Made by a program: the position numbers and the translations under genes. Shown piece by piece: positions 38,097-48,600 of a stretch of DNA of 64,000 nt. The stretch's first letter is position 1, and each line of letters begins with the position of its first letter. Origin of the DNA: Takakia lepidozioides. Taxonomy: Eukaryota > Plantae > Bryophyta. Under the pieces are notes generated by a model, which had not been told where the DNA came from, did no database searches, and worked only from the letters and a program-made list of their open reading frames with translations. The stretch lies in assembly GCA_030704615.1 (NCBI GenBank), contig CM060731.1, positions 52,824,001 to 52,888,000 of the forward strand, in the 5' to 3' direction.

Positions 38097-38730
38097 GATT
38101 GCACTTGGCCTTAGATGACACTTGACACTTGGACCAATGACACAGACAATAATGATTGGCCCTTCATTTGTCGGTTGTGCCTGTTGACATAAATGTACAT
38201 TTGGTTTTGTTGAAATACTGATGTTTGCAATATTGTTTGTATTGTCGATGAGTAAGGACTTTTATCCTATGGGCCGAGAGTTATGGAGTTATAAACAATT
38301 TTGGCGCTAGAAATTCAACTAAATTATAAAATTGAGAGTGTTGGAATGACATTGGAGGTTGGACTTGGGCCTTGACATGGGAAACGTACTTGGATACATA
38401 TGAGATTGCATACTGGGCTTAGATGGGCCTTGACATAGGAGATGCACAGGGGAGACGCACTTGGACACATAGGAGATTGCACTTGAGCTTAAGACGACAC
38501 AGACACTTGGGCCTCTACGTGGAAGATGCACTTTGATACATAGAAGATTGCACTTGGGCTTGGATGGGCCTCGACAAAGGAGATGCACTTGGATGCATAG
38601 GAAATTGCACTTTGTCTTAGATTTGAATTCGTAACACATGGGCCAACGCCATAGGCTACACTAGCGGTCGTACTTGGACCTCGACATAGGAGACGCATTG
38701 GGATACATAGGAGATCTTGCACTTGGGCTT

Positions 38731-39975
38731 AGAGAGAGAAGACTCCGGCCGAAGCCGGCGTAACTAAGAGCCACTTCACCTTGCGGCTATTGTCCCCTGT
38801 CGGGGGTGGGCCCTATAATAAACACAGGTGTCCGGTTGGACACTTAGTAGCCAGGGGGTAGGTATGCTATGGTGTTAGAGAACAAGGGGGGTAGTACCCC
38901 CGAGGGGGCACCCCGGGGGGTGCCCTAGGGGTGTCTAGGGTAATGTTGTGAGGTTTTCGTTTATTGGTGATAATTGTTGTGAGAGAGCGGAGGGTTGTGA
39001 GGTGGATGGCTTGGAAACATTTATGGATAGGGGAGATAGGGATTTGAAAGTTGTTATGCACGTCGTTGGTGAGTGATGGGGATGTTGTGGTAGGATGTAA
39101 GGCAGTCTTGGGTAGACCCTGCACTAGTAGAATATCCGGGCAAAGTCTAGCTGGACATGTGCATGGGTGAGAAATACATGAGCATGGAAGTAGCCATGGT
39201 AGGACAATGTGGTCGGGTGGGCAGCCTTGGTATGTACCTGCGTTAAGGAGTGTGAACCATCTGGTTTCGGCACGGCTAAGAAGTAGTTTGTGGAGATGCC
39301 AAACTGCTTGGTTATGGCGAGTGATATGGAGGCCGTGAATAATGAGGTGTGTGCATTAAAATGTGCTTGCGTTGGTGGCCCATATACTGGGCGTATATGA
39401 ATTTAAGGGTTTGGCGGATTTGTGCATCTGTAGTGGTTTAGGTATTCCAAAAGTGGTTTGATAGTTTACATGGTGTAGTACCGTGGATTGTGTCCATTCT
39501 GAATGTGGACCTTAGTATGGCTAATTCATGATGCAATAGCTTGTTTGTTGGCTTCCCAGGAGAGGGTGGCAAGGATGTTTGCGAACAGGTCTGGGTGCGG
39601 GTGGGTCTGGGACGTGGGTATGAACCAAAATAGGTGAGTGTGGGCGATGTGAATAGGGTCGTCAGATGCGATTACAGGAGGCTTAGAGGCGCCGGCTTTG
39701 GGAAGTAAGTCGGCAACATCGTTGCCATGTATCCCGGTGTGCGAGCGGACTTTGCGGAAGTGGATGGGGTGGGATTTAGAGAGAGTTAATTGAACAATGG
39801 CAGTGATAAGGTTGCGGTCGGGGTGGTGGTGTTGGGATGAAGGGCGAGCGATGTGGTTCCTGATAAGGAAGAGTGAAGTAAGACCGTTGGTGAAAATATA
39901 GTAGAGGGAAGGGAAAACATCCAGCCTTGATAGGGCCTCATAGATTGCCATAAGTTCAGTACGTAAAATTGTGGC
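38731..39975 (-). mobile_element. 5'-truncated non-LTR retrotransposon with RNase H plus restriction-like endonuclease (Dualen/RandI-like)
   Basis: RNase H (TILRTELMAI..IFTNGLTSL..FRKVRSHTGIHGNDVAD), then degraded C..HGLHITRHNQAV and LCPDILLVQG (RHN and PD motifs of RLE), a structured 3' UTR and a (TC)n tail. Confidence 0.75.
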
Positions 39976-40326
39976 GGGGCCAATGACACAGGCTACCCTA
40001 GAGGTCGCATTTGGGCCTCGACATAGGAGACGCATTTGGATACATAGGAGATTGCACTTGGGCTTAGATGAAACTTGACACTTGGGCCAACGGCACATGC
40101 TATCCTAGATAGGAGATATGGAATTTCAAGTACTTTTGGTTGCTGAAAATTAGTGAAAAGTAGCAAAGTGGGCTTTCTTGGAACAATGATTGGATACATT
40201 ACTACTCAATAAATTCATGGAAAAAAATAAATTGGTTTTTCATTCTTTGTAACTAAAAAACATCCAACTTCATTTTACTAAATCGATTTCAATTCTTCAC
40301 ACATGGGCCTCGACATAGGAGACGCA

Positions 40327-40396
40327 GAGAGAGAAGACTCCGACTGAAGCCGGTGTAGCTGAGAGCCATGTCACCTTGCAATGACTGCCTCCCACC
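40327..40396 (-). mobile_element. 70-bp 3'-end copy of the Dualen-like element
   Basis: Homologous to 38731-38800. TSD ggagac(g/c)ca at 40318-40326 and 40397-40405. Confidence 0.8.
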
Positions 40397-40589
40397 GGAG
40401 ACCCACTTGGATACATGGGGGATTGCACTTGGACTTAGATGACACTAAACACTTGGGCCAACGACACAGGCTACCCTAGTCAATATATGAAGCAAGCTAG
40501 TTTGTTTGTTTGTTTGTTTTTTTTTTTTGTAGCGCTGAGATCTCCCTAACTGTGGGTGCCCCAGCCCTGTCTCTTCTGCTTCTCCTTTT

Positions 40590-42081
40590 AAGATAATAGC
40601 GTCTTCAATGCGCTATGGGCCCCGCCAATATGGCCCATGGGGTCAGCTCCTAAGACCAGCGCCCATCCACCGGGTCCGCTGAAGGGTCCATTGGATAGTC
40701 TAGTTTGTTTTGGATCAGGATCTGCTGGAGGGTCCAGTGACTTTCCAGAGTCCGCTAGAGAGGGTCCACTCCGCATGCTAGTCCACTCTGCAGTCTAGTC
40801 CGCTGGAGGGTCCACTCTACATGCAGAGTGGATTGTGAGTCTGCTGGAGGGTCTGCGCATGAGTCCGCTGGAAGGTCCGCCGCCGCAAAAGAACATGGAC
40901 TTAGGAAAATTTCAGAAAGAAACCATACATAATATATATTCAATAACACACACTAATGCCACAGTACCACCTGATAAGAATTGATCATCAAACCTCATAC
41001 TCACTATTCATTGCTGTTTACCACCCAAGTGTCCGCTACTTTTTGCAAACCTTTGAAACAACTAATGTTTTATGTGCATTACCAGAGCTTGTATGCTTGT
41101 CATCTCTTGGTTGGGATGTATCGCAACAGATTGGCTTGCCCGGTAGACCCAACAACGGACTGGCTTGCCTAACAGATTTTTAGACAGCCTATCTACAACT
41201 ACCATGATGCAGTCATGGACATTCTTGGTCCTGGGCAAAGCCATGATCAGACTGAGCCTCAGTGGACCCTCTGACGGGTACGAGCGCTCCCACTTGTCGC
41301 GCACCTCCTTTCGGTAAGCTCCCCTTCACGTCATAGTTACTCGCTTTGATGCGCGCGCCTGACTCCCAAATTGGCCGCCGGGCCAACTTGGAGCTTCGGC
41401 TGCTCACCGGGACATAACGGTCCCCCTTCGCTCCCCACTAAACCCTCCACCTATTTGGGACTAGGAGAATTCCCTTTGGTAGATGGCAGTCCGGAATAGC
41501 TCCCCACTCTTTGGTCGCTTTCCGGCTCGCTCGCTTACTCACTAGTTTTTGGTCACCAATGGGCTTGCACCGTTCTCGGGGTTACTACTCCCTATATATA
41601 CTTCTGTAGCTGTCCGCGGGGGTTTCACAACCAGCCATGCCATTTTATGGCGAACCACCACGAAAACCCTCGACTCCCGGTGATGAGTCGCGGTGAGTCT
41701 TGGCCCACTCACCACGGCCCCTATGGACCGTGATGAGTCCCAAGACTCCCCACGACTCCTACCACGAGGTCTCCGCCCCCATGGTGAGTCCTATGCCACC
41801 CCCACTAAGTCCCGCTAAGCTACCACCACCCCTTGTGGAGCCACCCCCACCACAACCCGGTGTGCGGGGCTCCACCTAGTGAGCGCCTCTGCCTCCTTGA
41901 GTGCCTTGGGCACTCAAGGGTGCTTCAGCCCCCCATACCTATCACTGCCGCTGCCCCCACCACAGGGGCAGCCCCTCATGTGTCCCGACCCCCTGCCCTC
42001 AAGGCAAAGGGCCGCGACACCACTGCTACACATGGGCCCCGCCATAGGCACACGCGTGCGCATTGAAGACGCTATTATCTT
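40590..42081. mobile_element. Non-autonomous TIR element (PIF/Harbinger-like termini) with mixed cargo
   Basis: Perfect 24-bp inverted repeat aagataatagcgtcttcaatgcgc (40590-40613 / 42058-42081). Internal gctggagggtcc repeats and gypsy pieces. No clear TSD. Confidence 0.65.
41179..41253 (-). mobile_element. Ty3/gypsy integrase core fragment
   Basis: SLIMALPRTKNVHDCIMVVVDRLSK. Confidence 0.75.
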
Positions 42082-43964
42082 TCACTGAGAAGCGTCTCTT
42101 CTAGGCTACACGTATTTCAATTCTTGTGAATTCATCCACTAAGTGGCTTTGCTCGGCCGATTTTTAGTCAGGGACAAATCCCCATCGCTCTGCGGGTCTT
42201 TGGTTCTACAAGGTTATTTTTTTCTTGACTAGTAAAGTGATCTAAATGGCTCCACTCGCAAGCCTTTTCTATATATACTAGGGTCGCCTGTGCCGTTGGC
42301 CCAAGTGTCCAATGTCATCTAAGCAATCTCCTATGTATCCAAGTGCATCTCCTATGTCTAGACCCAAGTGCGACCTCCATGGTAGCCCGTGCCATTGGCC
42401 CATGTGTGAAGAATTGAAATCTTAGACAAGCGCAATTTCCTACGTATCCAAGTGCATCTTCTATATTAAGGCCTGGGCACCTAAGCCCAAGTGCAATCTC
42501 CTATGTACCCAAGTGCTTCTCTCATGTAGAAGCCCAAGTGTGACCTCCAGTGTCATTCGGCTAACACTTAAATTTTGTAATTTAGTTGAATTTTCAACGA
42601 CCAAAATTGTTCATATTTCTATAATCCTCGGCCCAAATTTTCGCTAAGGTAGCTTGTACCATTGGCCCAAGTGTCCAACGTCATCAGCTAAGTCCAATTG
42701 CAATCCCCTATGTATCCAACAACGTCTTCTTTGTTGAGGCCCAAGTGTAACCTTTAAGGTAGCCTGAGCCGTTGGCCCAGGTGTCCAAAGTCATCAAAGT
42801 CCAAGTGCAATCCCCTATGTATCCAAAGACCCTGCAGTTTGGGAGATCTAGGGTAGCATACACTACATGAAAGGGGGGGGGGGGGGGGGGGTTTCACGAC
42901 ACCGGGACGTCGCTAAATCCCCTTTTTGGGGCAAGATAGAAGCCCCAGATTGCGACGCCCGGGCGTCGCAGCGGCGCGGCTAGAAATATCGTCGCTAATT
43001 TGCGACGTAGGGGGTCGCTAGGTAACGATGGGGCGACTTGCAACCACCGGACATCACAAATTTATAATTTTTAAAAAAAAATCTGCGATGCCGCATTAGC
43101 GACGTCCGGGGTCGCAAAGTGCGATCCCCGGACATCGTAATTTAGGGGGCCCGTACATTTGAATTTAGGTGGGAAAATTTGAACTTAAAAATTTGAATTT
43201 GAATTTCACAATTATTGACCATTGACTCCAGTTGTGTCCAATGGCAGTACGTTCATTGTTTTACATATATTAGGCAATGCATACTTGAACTTATGATCTC
43301 CACGTTATATCATTTCTAAGACACTACAGACTAACAAACACACCTACGATATATCTATGTATCACAAAAGCAGTCTAAGAATTTATATACATATCAAGAT
43401 TACTTTCAAGTTCTTTTTAAAGGGGTTTCTCTTGTGACGTCGGGGAGTTGCAACATCCGCAGTCTTAGTGCCCAGCCCTAGCCCCAGCCCCAGTGTCGTT
43501 GCCATTGTTGCAGCCCCAGCGCTACGCGCATCGAGGTCCCTGTGATGCCCTAATTTGGCTACGACACCGTTGTGACCCTCTGTGGCGACGCCGTTGCGAC
43601 CCCCTGATGTCGCAGTGTTGGGCGCCCCCAACGATGCTTTTGTGACGTTGGGAGGGCCGGAAGGCCCCAAAAAAAGAAAAAGAAAAAAACCTTTGTGGCG
43701 ACGTCATTGCAACCTCCCGACGTCGCAGTGTTGGAAGCCCCAGCGACGCATTTGCTACGCCTGGGGGTTGCAAGAAAAAAAAAACCCGTCGCAACCCCCC
43801 GTGGCGACGCACCACCGTCGCCTGTCCCAACGCCCTTGGGGCCCCCTTTCCCCCTTCATGCCACCTTGCAACAGCTGAGCGTCGTAGCGGGGGATTGCGA
43901 CGCTCGGGCGCCACGGGGGTGGCGTCGCAGGCCCAACGTGGGTATGTTTTATGTCGATTTTTAG

Positions 43965-44034
43965 GCAGATATTGATTAAAGGTAAATTTTGTGCCTTCCA
44001 AGCAGGGATATGGGTTCGATTCCTGTTATTCGCA
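43965..44034 (+). tRNA. trnG: Mitochondrial trnG(UCC) pseudogene (NUMT)
   Basis: gcagatattgattaaaggtaaa...gcctTCCaagca...gggttcgattcc...tattcgca. Anticodon TCC at 43997-43999, with several stem mismatches. Confidence 0.8.
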
Positions 44035-44062
44035 ATGGCTAAAAAAACCAAGTCAACTTCAT

Positions 44063-44425
44063 ATGCTTACATCGAGATTTAAAAGTTGTCATCGAATTTC
44101 AGAAAATGTTTGGCAGACTAAAAAACTTACTCAAAGACAAAAAGCCATTATTTTGCAGCTTCGAAGAAAACAAATAAAAAAAATTTGATTTTTCCAAACA
44201 ATTACAAACTATACAAAAGTTGCCATTTTTTTTTATGGAAATTTACCCATTAGAAAGAGGCAAAGGTCTAAAACGCACACTTATCTGGATATAAAAAATA
44301 GTTTGTTATTCGATAGAGAAAAAAGATTGGACGTTATTCCGGTTCGTCCTAATTCTCGTTCAACTATTTTTCAAGCAAGACAGCTAATAAGTCATAAAGA
44401 GATTTGTGTCAATTACGAAATGGTA
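44063..44425 (+). pseudogene. rps4: Mitochondrial ribosomal protein S4, 5' part (NUMT)
   Basis: MLTSRFKSC..ISENVWQTKKLT...DFSKQLQTIQKL..FYGNLPI...EKRLDVIPVRPNSRSTIFQARQLISHKEICVN. AT-rich, with homopolymer frameshifts. Confidence 0.9.
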
Positions 44426-45312
44426 GGGGGTTGCGGCTGACGTCATTAAACCCCCCCTCCATTTGCAGTAGTGATGTGTCATTGGCACATGTGTGACGAA
44501 TTGAAATCTAAGCCCAAGTGCAATCTCCTATGTATCCAAGTGCGTCTCCAATGTAGAGGCCCAAGTGCGACCGTCCAATGTCACCTAAGCCCAAGTGCAA
44601 TCCAAAGCCCACTTTGCTATTTTTGCAATATCCCATGTTGAGGCTTTATATATTGATATATCCATTTTGCTATGTTTCGCGAATTTGCTCTTGGAAAGCC
44701 CACTTTGCTAATTTATTGCTTTTCATGAATTTTCTGTGATAAAAAACACTTCTCCCACATGAAGGGCGAATCATTGCTATAGGAAAGTCCATTTTGCTAT
44801 TTTTTTCGCGAATTTCCAAAGACCAAAAGTACTGGAAATTTGACATCTCCCACACTGCAGGTTCGAAAATCATGAGACCAAACCGGTGCACCCCTCCTCA
44901 TCGAGGGCTTTCCAACGGTACCAAGCACTAACCCCGTCGTGTAACCCAATGTAACCCCAAGTGGAGTTACACACCTCGTTGTGTAACCCGGCTGGAGTTT
45001 ACACTCCTTCAGTTCCATGTCGCTCTCAAGGGGAAGATTTGACATGCTGGAAACGGGTGTACCATCGTGTCAGAGGTTGCAAGTGTGCATTAAGCTATTA
45101 CATTATTCATATTATCTTCCAATTAGTCCCGCACTTATAAAGTTCAGCCTGGCTTCCATCCCCTTTCTATTATTACACAAAAAATAAAAAACAGTAATGT
45201 GAAGTCCCAGCCCAACCCAGGTCCAGTTGAAACTTCCATTAATTACTGGATGGTGCTTCAGGCTGACTTACAGCCTTGAGATGTACAGTTTGTAGTTGCA
45301 AACGGTATGGAA

Positions 45313-45407
45313 GAAGAAGAAGACTCCGGCCGAAGCCTGAGTAAGTAAGAGCCACTTTGCCTTGCGGCTACTGCCCCTTTTCAGGGGTGGGCCCTATGTA
45401 AGAATGC
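45313..45407 (-). mobile_element. ~95-bp 3'-end copy of the Dualen-like element in the UBP14 promoter
   Basis: Perfect TSD aacggtatggaa (45301-45312, 45408-45419) and a (TTC)n tail. Confidence 0.85.
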
Positions 45408-45612
45408 AACGGTATGGAATGTTTGTGGCATAGACCTACTTAATGTCTGATGATCGGACTATGTTTACACGACGATGGTATTCCAGTTACACAGCACAAA
45501 ACCCAAAACCCTAAAGTTGGTGTGAACAACGCTGAACGTCTTGTGCGGCCCTATAAACCCTAATAAGTGAAGAAGAGCAAGACAGAGGAGACGCTCGAGA
45601 GTGGCGTGCAAG

Positions 45613-48600
45613 ATGGAAGTGTTGCGGTCACAATTGTCCAAAGTGCGTATCCCTGAGCCATCCAATCGGATCTACAAGCAAGAATGCTGCATCTCCTTCT
45701 GCACGCCGGTGAGTATGAGGCCCCTTTGGAAGTTTGACGTTTTTTCCTCTTGTCCCCCGAAAGCAGGGTTCTGTCTATGTGTTTGTATGCGATTGAGGTT
45801 GTTGGTGAAGTTTCCTACGATAGATGGGCGTGCAGTTGGTTGTGGTTTCCAGTCGTTTTCCTCGTCAATGTTGTAATTGGGAATTTGGTCCGTTAACCTC
45901 TGATGCGTTACTGGTTGTTTGGCTGTGGTAGCATCGTATAGGGGGTTTCAGGCGGTCTCCTCTTGAACTCTAATTAGGAGATAGTATTTCCTTACTGGAT
46001 TCCACATGTTTGTCGCGCTCGCATAGTATTAATTGTTCCTCGTTGATGGAGACAATTTGTATCAATGACCGACTTTGGGATGGCTATCTGGAAAGGCGAT
46101 GATGGATTCAGGATTGCTACTTCATGCATTAGTCATCCCACCATTCTCTTGGACCGTCGTGCGTTAAGTATTGCTTATCATGCGGCAACTGGTGTCGAAC
46201 TTAGGCTTGATCATCACAGCGCTATGATTTCTCAATCAGTCATTTTCTCTGGGGTGTACAAGACTCCAACATAGTTGTGATGTAGTAGTAGAGTATTGCA
46301 AACGGTATTTTGAAACCTAACTGTGGAGATTGCTTGTGTTGTGGGGTGCAGAGGTCTGAAGGGGGTTTGTTTGTGGATCTAAGTTCATTCCTGGCATTTG
46401 GACGGGAGTATGTAATGTGGAATTATGAAAAGACAGGTGACACGGTGTATTTGAGCATTCAAGAGAGGCCCAAGCCAGTCAGTGAGAATCGCCCACATAA
46501 AAAACCGACATTACTTGCCATTGGTATTTTGACATAACTACTTTATGTATTTTTCCGCATTTTAGAGCTTTGCAGCTTATCCACCCGAGTTAGCAAAGTG
46601 TGATTTCATGGAGCTGTTGAAGTCAGCATGTGAAAGTCTTCCTTGCGCCATGGAGTTAGGGATGTTTCTGTTCTCTCCTCTTTACTACTCCTTTGGCAGT
46701 ACATCTCTTATGGTGGTCTGCAACTCATTTTGACTTACTAGGTCAATTGTCTTGGGCAGTAGTTTCTTTTGTTTAGGCTTTGCAACCCTATTTGCTGTGG
46801 TACAAGGTCCATTGTGTATGAGCTAATCCCTGAACAACTATCGTTTAGCTTCATTCAACAAGTTATTTCAAGGAACTGTTGATTTAGAATTAGCCTACTT
46901 TTGGGTCAGAAGTTCCTTGTTATGGTCAGTGGATAAAGGATTATTATTTTTGTATAATAGAAAGCAGGATGTCTCATTCGTGACACTTCGGTTGCAACAT
47001 GGCAGGAATTGACGGAGGGTTTGATTCAAAGGAACCTGAATATGAAGAATCATACAGCATCGTGATCCTTCCAGACTTCATCACACTCCCTTTCCCAAAT
47101 GTTGAGCTTCCTGAAAAGGTAGCAGGCAATCCTACACAACCGAAGTGCTGTGTCCCATGTTTTGGGTGCATTTCCATGGATGCTGTGTGTATGAGAGAGG
47201 AAGAAAGAAACAAGGAAATTTTATAGTGGTCATCATCATGCCCTCTGACTTCGTTCAACAGGTTAACTCTCAAAATTAAATGCTAGAGAGACTTTATAAC
47301 ATCCACAGGGGCCCCAAGAGAGTGATAGAGAGGACATTCAGTGGTGCTTACAGAACTCCAGTAAACTAAGTGCGCCTTTATCAAAGACTTGTCTTCAAAA
47401 CATGTTACAGTATCAAGGTCCTGGCTACATCATGTTCCTTGCCAGAAAGATCTGTTTTCTCTGTGACATTGTCGGCTGCACAGCAGCCGGGATCTCTTAG
47501 TTGAACTGGCTGCAGCTGTGTTCTTCTGAAGAGTATCACTACCCTTATGTGGGCCAGCGTTGTCTGATGATCTGTCAGATCAGGCTGGCAGTGGATGGAG
47601 TACTTCAAGCTGTTGGTGCTGAGCGCAAGGAACAAATTGCTGCTTGGACAGCTGACAAAAAGCAAGTGAGCGGATATGCTACATCATTGCAGCAACTGAA
47701 AAATGGTGTGAGAGTGCCTCCAAGTGGCTGGAAATGCACAAGGTGTGACAAGACAGAGAACCTATGGCTGAATCTCACCGACGGAGCAATTCTCTGTGGA
47801 CGACGGAATTGGGATGGGACAGGAGGCAACAACCATGCTGTGGAGCATTATCAGGAGACAAACTACCCGCTGGCAGTAAAGCTTGGCACAATTACAGCTG
47901 ACTTGGAAACTGCAGGTAGTCTTCGGTGGTCTTTTCTGTGAATGGGTTGTCACATGAGGATTCTTTGTTTCTTCACTGTCGTGGCGTCGACCCTAATTAT
48001 CTATTTGCTGTAGTGGCTCTCTGGTTATGGATCCCTTTGATGCAGCATAGGTGCAAGTGAGTGAGCTACTTGTCATTTGTGACACTATACCAAGTCAAAG
48101 GTTAGATGGAAAGAAGACCTTGTAGATATACAGGGTACTACTTATTGTCTTACCTGCAGCTGGAATAGGTCGAAAAGTCATTATTTTGTAGCTTGTGGCC
48201 ATGGTTGCAGATGTGTATTCATACCCAGAAGATGAGACCGTGGAGGATCCCCTGTTAGCAAAGCACTTGGCACATTTTGGCATTGATTTCTCTTCTTTGA
48301 TGAAGGTAATCAGCAAGTAGCTGTAGGGTACAGCTGGATCATGATGGTGAAATTGTTGAGTAGCTGCAAGACCCTAGATGTAGCTTGAGTAGACAACCCC
48401 TTCACTTGGCAAAGCTAGAAATCTCTTCTATGCGTGCACCTGGTTGCACTCGAGGAGATTGAGACAAGCTCTGCAGTGCCATGGAGGACATACTGCGTAA
48501 AATGTGGAGGAGCTGGAGCTTGGCACAAAATAGCAGTTTTAACATCCTCACAGGCTTTGATGAACAATGGCGAAGGGTACTATCATCTTAGAATAAGCTC

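Larger units (their letters stand above)
42861..44473. mobile_element. Non-autonomous CACTA element carrying mitochondrial DNA
   Basis: CACTAC...GTAGTG termini with G-run/C-run inside each end and gcgacg/cgtcgc subterminal repeats. The 3-bp TSD is ata/atg, and the host repeat (ctagggtagc|atgtgtcattgg) is restored on removal. Confidence 0.8.
35840..44605. repeat. Helitron-like repeat field with internal minisatellite and repeated 3' termini
   Basis: Recurrent unit cacttgggcctcgacataggagacgcacttggatacataggagattg. Termini of the form gggccaacggcacaggctaccCTAG|T at ~35918-35943, 38641-38664, 39977-40003, 40085-40108 and 40456-40480 (+), and 42277-42301, 42381, 42648 and 42758 (-). Confidence 0.6.

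Noticed and set aside
38350-38730. CRISPR-like array
   Set aside because: Eukaryotic context. The units are degenerate tandem repeats without unique spacers, and there are no cas genes.
38735-38815. Hammerhead or HDV-like ribozyme
   Set aside because: No CUGANGA/GAAA core and no nested double-pseudoknot pairing found. LINE ribozymes are also usually at the 5' end.
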